Origin: Porphyridium purpureum | Taxonomy: Eukaryota | Direction of reading: 5' to 3' | Length of the DNA: 64,000 nucleotides | Assembly (NCBI GenBank): GCA_008690995.1 | Contig: VRMN01000001.1 | Location: 2,852,001-2,916,000 of the forward strand | Shown here: positions 61,786 through 64,000 of the stretch, piece by piece | Layout of the letters: every line of letters begins with the position of its first letter | Position numbering within the stretch: the stretch's first letter is position 1 | Translations under genes and position numbers: made by a program | The notes under the pieces: model-generated | Told to the model about the DNA's origin: nothing | Databases searched by the model: none | What the model saw: the letters and a program-made list of their open reading frames with translations, nothing else

Positions 61786-63462
61786 ATGGAGGCTGCGAAG
61801 GGAGCAGGTGATAAAATGGAGGTGCGGGAAGATCAAGTGGCGATGGCAGTCTCGTTTCTCAACGATGCGCGGGTGAAGGAAGCGCCAGCGGCGCGTTGTG
61901 TGGCGTTCTTGAAGAGGAAAGCACTGAATGATTCGGAAATCCGAGAGGCATTCAAGCGCGTGGGGCGAGAATATCCGGAGGAGGCTGAGGTAGAGCGCTC
62001 AGAAACGCAAATGAAGCAAAGCGCGGCTGTGGCTGCGGCCGCTGCGGCAAACCCACCGCATTCGGCGCCAGTGATGCCATACGCGCAGCAACCGGCATTG
62101 ATGATCCCGCAAGGCGCTCAGCTTCGGTTGGAGTACCCAGGGGAGGCGCAGCGCCAGTTGGCCGTAGCGACAAATTCGCGCACAAAGAACTGGATGATCG
62201 GTGTTTTGTCAGCAGGAAGTGCGGTGGGCGCGCTAATGGTGTTACGTGAGTTGTTAAGGAAATACGTTGTCCCGCTGTATTTCCCTGAAGAATCGAGTGC
62301 TCCTGCCGCACGTGCGGAACAGGAAAAAGCTACCGAACTGCGGGAGCTCAAAGCCACCCTGAACGAGCTCGCAAAGACAACTAAGCGCCAGCAGGAGTAC
62401 ATCGAGCACGTTGAGCGCTCGGTTACACAGGCACACTTTGCTGATCTGAAATCGGCATTACAGATGCTCAATACGAATGTAGAAAAGCTCGCCGCTGGCG
62501 GAAGCTCTGCAGCGTCGGGCGTTGAGGCGACTCGTGTGTGCGAGCTGGAAGCGCAGGTAAAGGAACTGTCCAAGTGGGTCAAACCAATTGGGTCCTCCTC
62601 ATTTGATGAGCCAAAGGAGAAGACCAAATTCACGTCGTCGTTTCCTTACGCCGGCAAGGACGCCCCCGCCCGCGAACCGCTGGACGATTTTATGAGCATC
62701 GCCCCTGCGCCCCTTCCAAAAGTCGGTCCGCATGTGCAACAGAATGATGGTCTCGCGGCAACGGCCGCCACACCGCCGAACCTTGCGACAGAGAGCCAAG
62801 TCAGGAATAGTCCTGTAGAGGAAGTGGTCGCTTCCAACCCATCTGTACCAACAGAGCAGCCAGTACGCGCAAGTGCTCCTGTTGAAACACCATCACCACC
62901 AATCTTGAGTCCAGGGACGGGCAGCACGGGGGTCGCAGAGCCACGCGCGGCATCAGATTTAAAAGGTAAGGCGCCCAAGGTGCCGCACGCTTCTACAGGG
63001 GGTTCCGCTTCCGTACAGGTCGCCCCGCCAGGAGTTGCATCAAATAGTAGTCCGACGGCAACTTCATCTGTCGGTTTACGGACGAGTGATGACGGATCCG
63101 AGGTTGCATCTAAGCCAGAGACAACGAATGAATCAAGCAGAGATGGAATGGAAAAGAGCCCGGCCGGAAGTCCTTCGGGACCTCCGCTGCCGCCATTACC
63201 TGCCCCAGCCCCGGTGGATCCGGTTTCAGGCATGATAAACGGAGAAGCGACTACTGGACTGCCGATGCGTGCCACGCTTGAGGATGGGGCGTCATCCGGT
63301 ACACCGTCGTTGAGGACATCCTCAACTTCTGGAGAGGTGCCGCCCTCACGGGGAAGTATCACCAGGCCGGGTGCTAAAGCTGCGTTTCAGAAGGCCATGC
63401 TGGCTGAGGCGCGTTCCATGGGGCAAAAAGCACCGCCACCACCAGCATTCCAACTAGACTAA
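61786..63462 (+). CDS. PEX14: Peroxisomal membrane protein PEX14
   Basis: REDQVAMAVSFLNDARVKEAP..AFLKRKALNDSEIREAF (Pex14_N), TM segment, coiled coil, disordered tail. Confidence 0.88.
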   Translation: MEAAKGAGDKMEVREDQVAMAVSFLNDARVKEAPAARCVAFLKRKALNDSEIREAFKRVGREYPEEAEVERSETQMKQSAAVAAAAAANPPHSAPVMPYAQQPALMIPQGAQLRLEYPGEAQRQLAVATNSRTKNWMIGVLSAGSAVGALMVLRELLRKYVVPLYFPEESSAPAARAEQEKATELRELKATLNELAKTTKRQQEYIEHVERSVTQAHFADLKSALQMLNTNVEKLAAGGSSAASGVEATRVCELEAQVKELSKWVKPIGSSSFDEPKEKTKFTSSFPYAGKDAPAREPLDDFMSIAPAPLPKVGPHVQQNDGLAATAATPPNLATESQVRNSPVEEVVASNPSVPTEQPVRASAPVETPSPPILSPGTGSTGVAEPRAASDLKGKAPKVPHASTGGSASVQVAPPGVASNSSPTATSSVGLRTSDDGSEVASKPETTNESSRDGMEKSPAGSPSGPPLPPLPAPAPVDPVSGMINGEATTGLPMRATLEDGASSGTPSLRTSSTSGEVPPSRGSITRPGAKAAFQKAMLAEARSMGQKAPPPPAFQLD

Positions 63463-63602
63463 AACACATTTGCTTTTATTTGGAGTTCTTTTTCTTCCCG
63501 TATTCTGGCGCTTCTCACACACTTTTCACTAGACATGGACTATTCACACACAAAGAGTTGTGAAAGACAACACGGTTGCAGCCTTTTCAAACGCCGTCTG
63601 CG

Positions 63603-64000
63603 TCACTTGTTGATTCCAAAGATGCGGACTTTGTCCATGACAGGTAGCTTTGCGACAATCATGACGACAGCAACGACAAAGTTGAGCGCATGCAGCAATG
63701 CAAAACGTTTCTCGAGCGGCGTGGCCTCGTAGCACACTAGGAATAAGAAAATGACCATCGCGACACAGAATTTGCGATTGGGGGTGGCCTGCTTCCGCAT
63801 GTCCAGCTGCTCCCACCACGTCAGTCGATCGGAGCCCGGGAACCACATTGTTTCAAACGGCGAGCCCTTAATCCAGTGAAAGGTGACAAAGGTGATGCAC
63901 GCATGCACCACATTCACGATGGTCCAGGACACGTACGGCTCTGTCTGCAGCAGCGTGCCGAGCAGAATTCTGCCCGTCAACACCAGCGAGCCATAGAACA
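63603..64000 (-). CDS. ORM1: ORMDL/ORM1 sphingolipid regulator, 5' end outside the window
   Basis: SWTIVNVVH..FHWIKGSPF, LTWWEQLD, AKLPVMDKVRIFGINK. Confidence 0.93.
   Translation of the reverse strand, partial: FYGSLVLTGRILLGTLLQTEPYVSWTIVNVVHACITFVTFHWIKGSPFETMWFPGSDRLTWWEQLDMRKQATPNRKFCVAMVIFLFLVCYEATPLEKRFALLHALNFVVAVVMIVAKLPVMDKVRIFGINK

Noticed and set aside
61669..61836. Overlapping 5' extensions of the EamA and PEX14 ORFs
   Set aside because: Upstream open frames without family similarity; downstream ATGs fit the homologous starts

Overview
Gene-dense, almost intron-free, GC-rich eukaryotic nuclear DNA. A nucleus-encoded phycobilisome linker, chlorophyll synthase and several 'MAF..'-type plastid transit peptides point to a unicellular red alga (Porphyridium-like; this assignment is inference). 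About 35 protein-coding genes can be called, mostly housekeeping (USP12/46-type and OTU1 deubiquitinases, ENT, MFS, EamA, CNNM, PdxH, FTHFS, SAC3/GANP, MAT1, patatin, cytochrome b5, ChlG, PEX14, ORMDL, profilin with one predicted intron). The most striking feature is a head-to-head pair of paralogous, probably plastid-targeted, low-complexity repeat proteins (12730-13464 minus, 15304-17124 plus). They share a 46-aa N-terminal block and carry 4 and 10 copies of a helical (L/P)(F/Y)E(E/S/D)YMx(K/E)R motif, and only the long one has a C-terminal transmembrane anchor. This sticker-and-spacer design suggests a candidate pyrenoid Rubisco linker plus membrane tether, a hypothesis that is untested. 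Also notable: three paralogous secreted beta-rich proteins, a secreted protein with a bacterial choice-of-anchor-L-like domain and acidic tandem repeats, a catalytically degenerate IGPS-like protein, an orphan PLP-fold enzyme, and a 13-bp GTAC-core minisatellite. No rRNA, tRNA, CRISPR array or transposase was recognised. All family assignments come from motif recognition by eye, with no database search.
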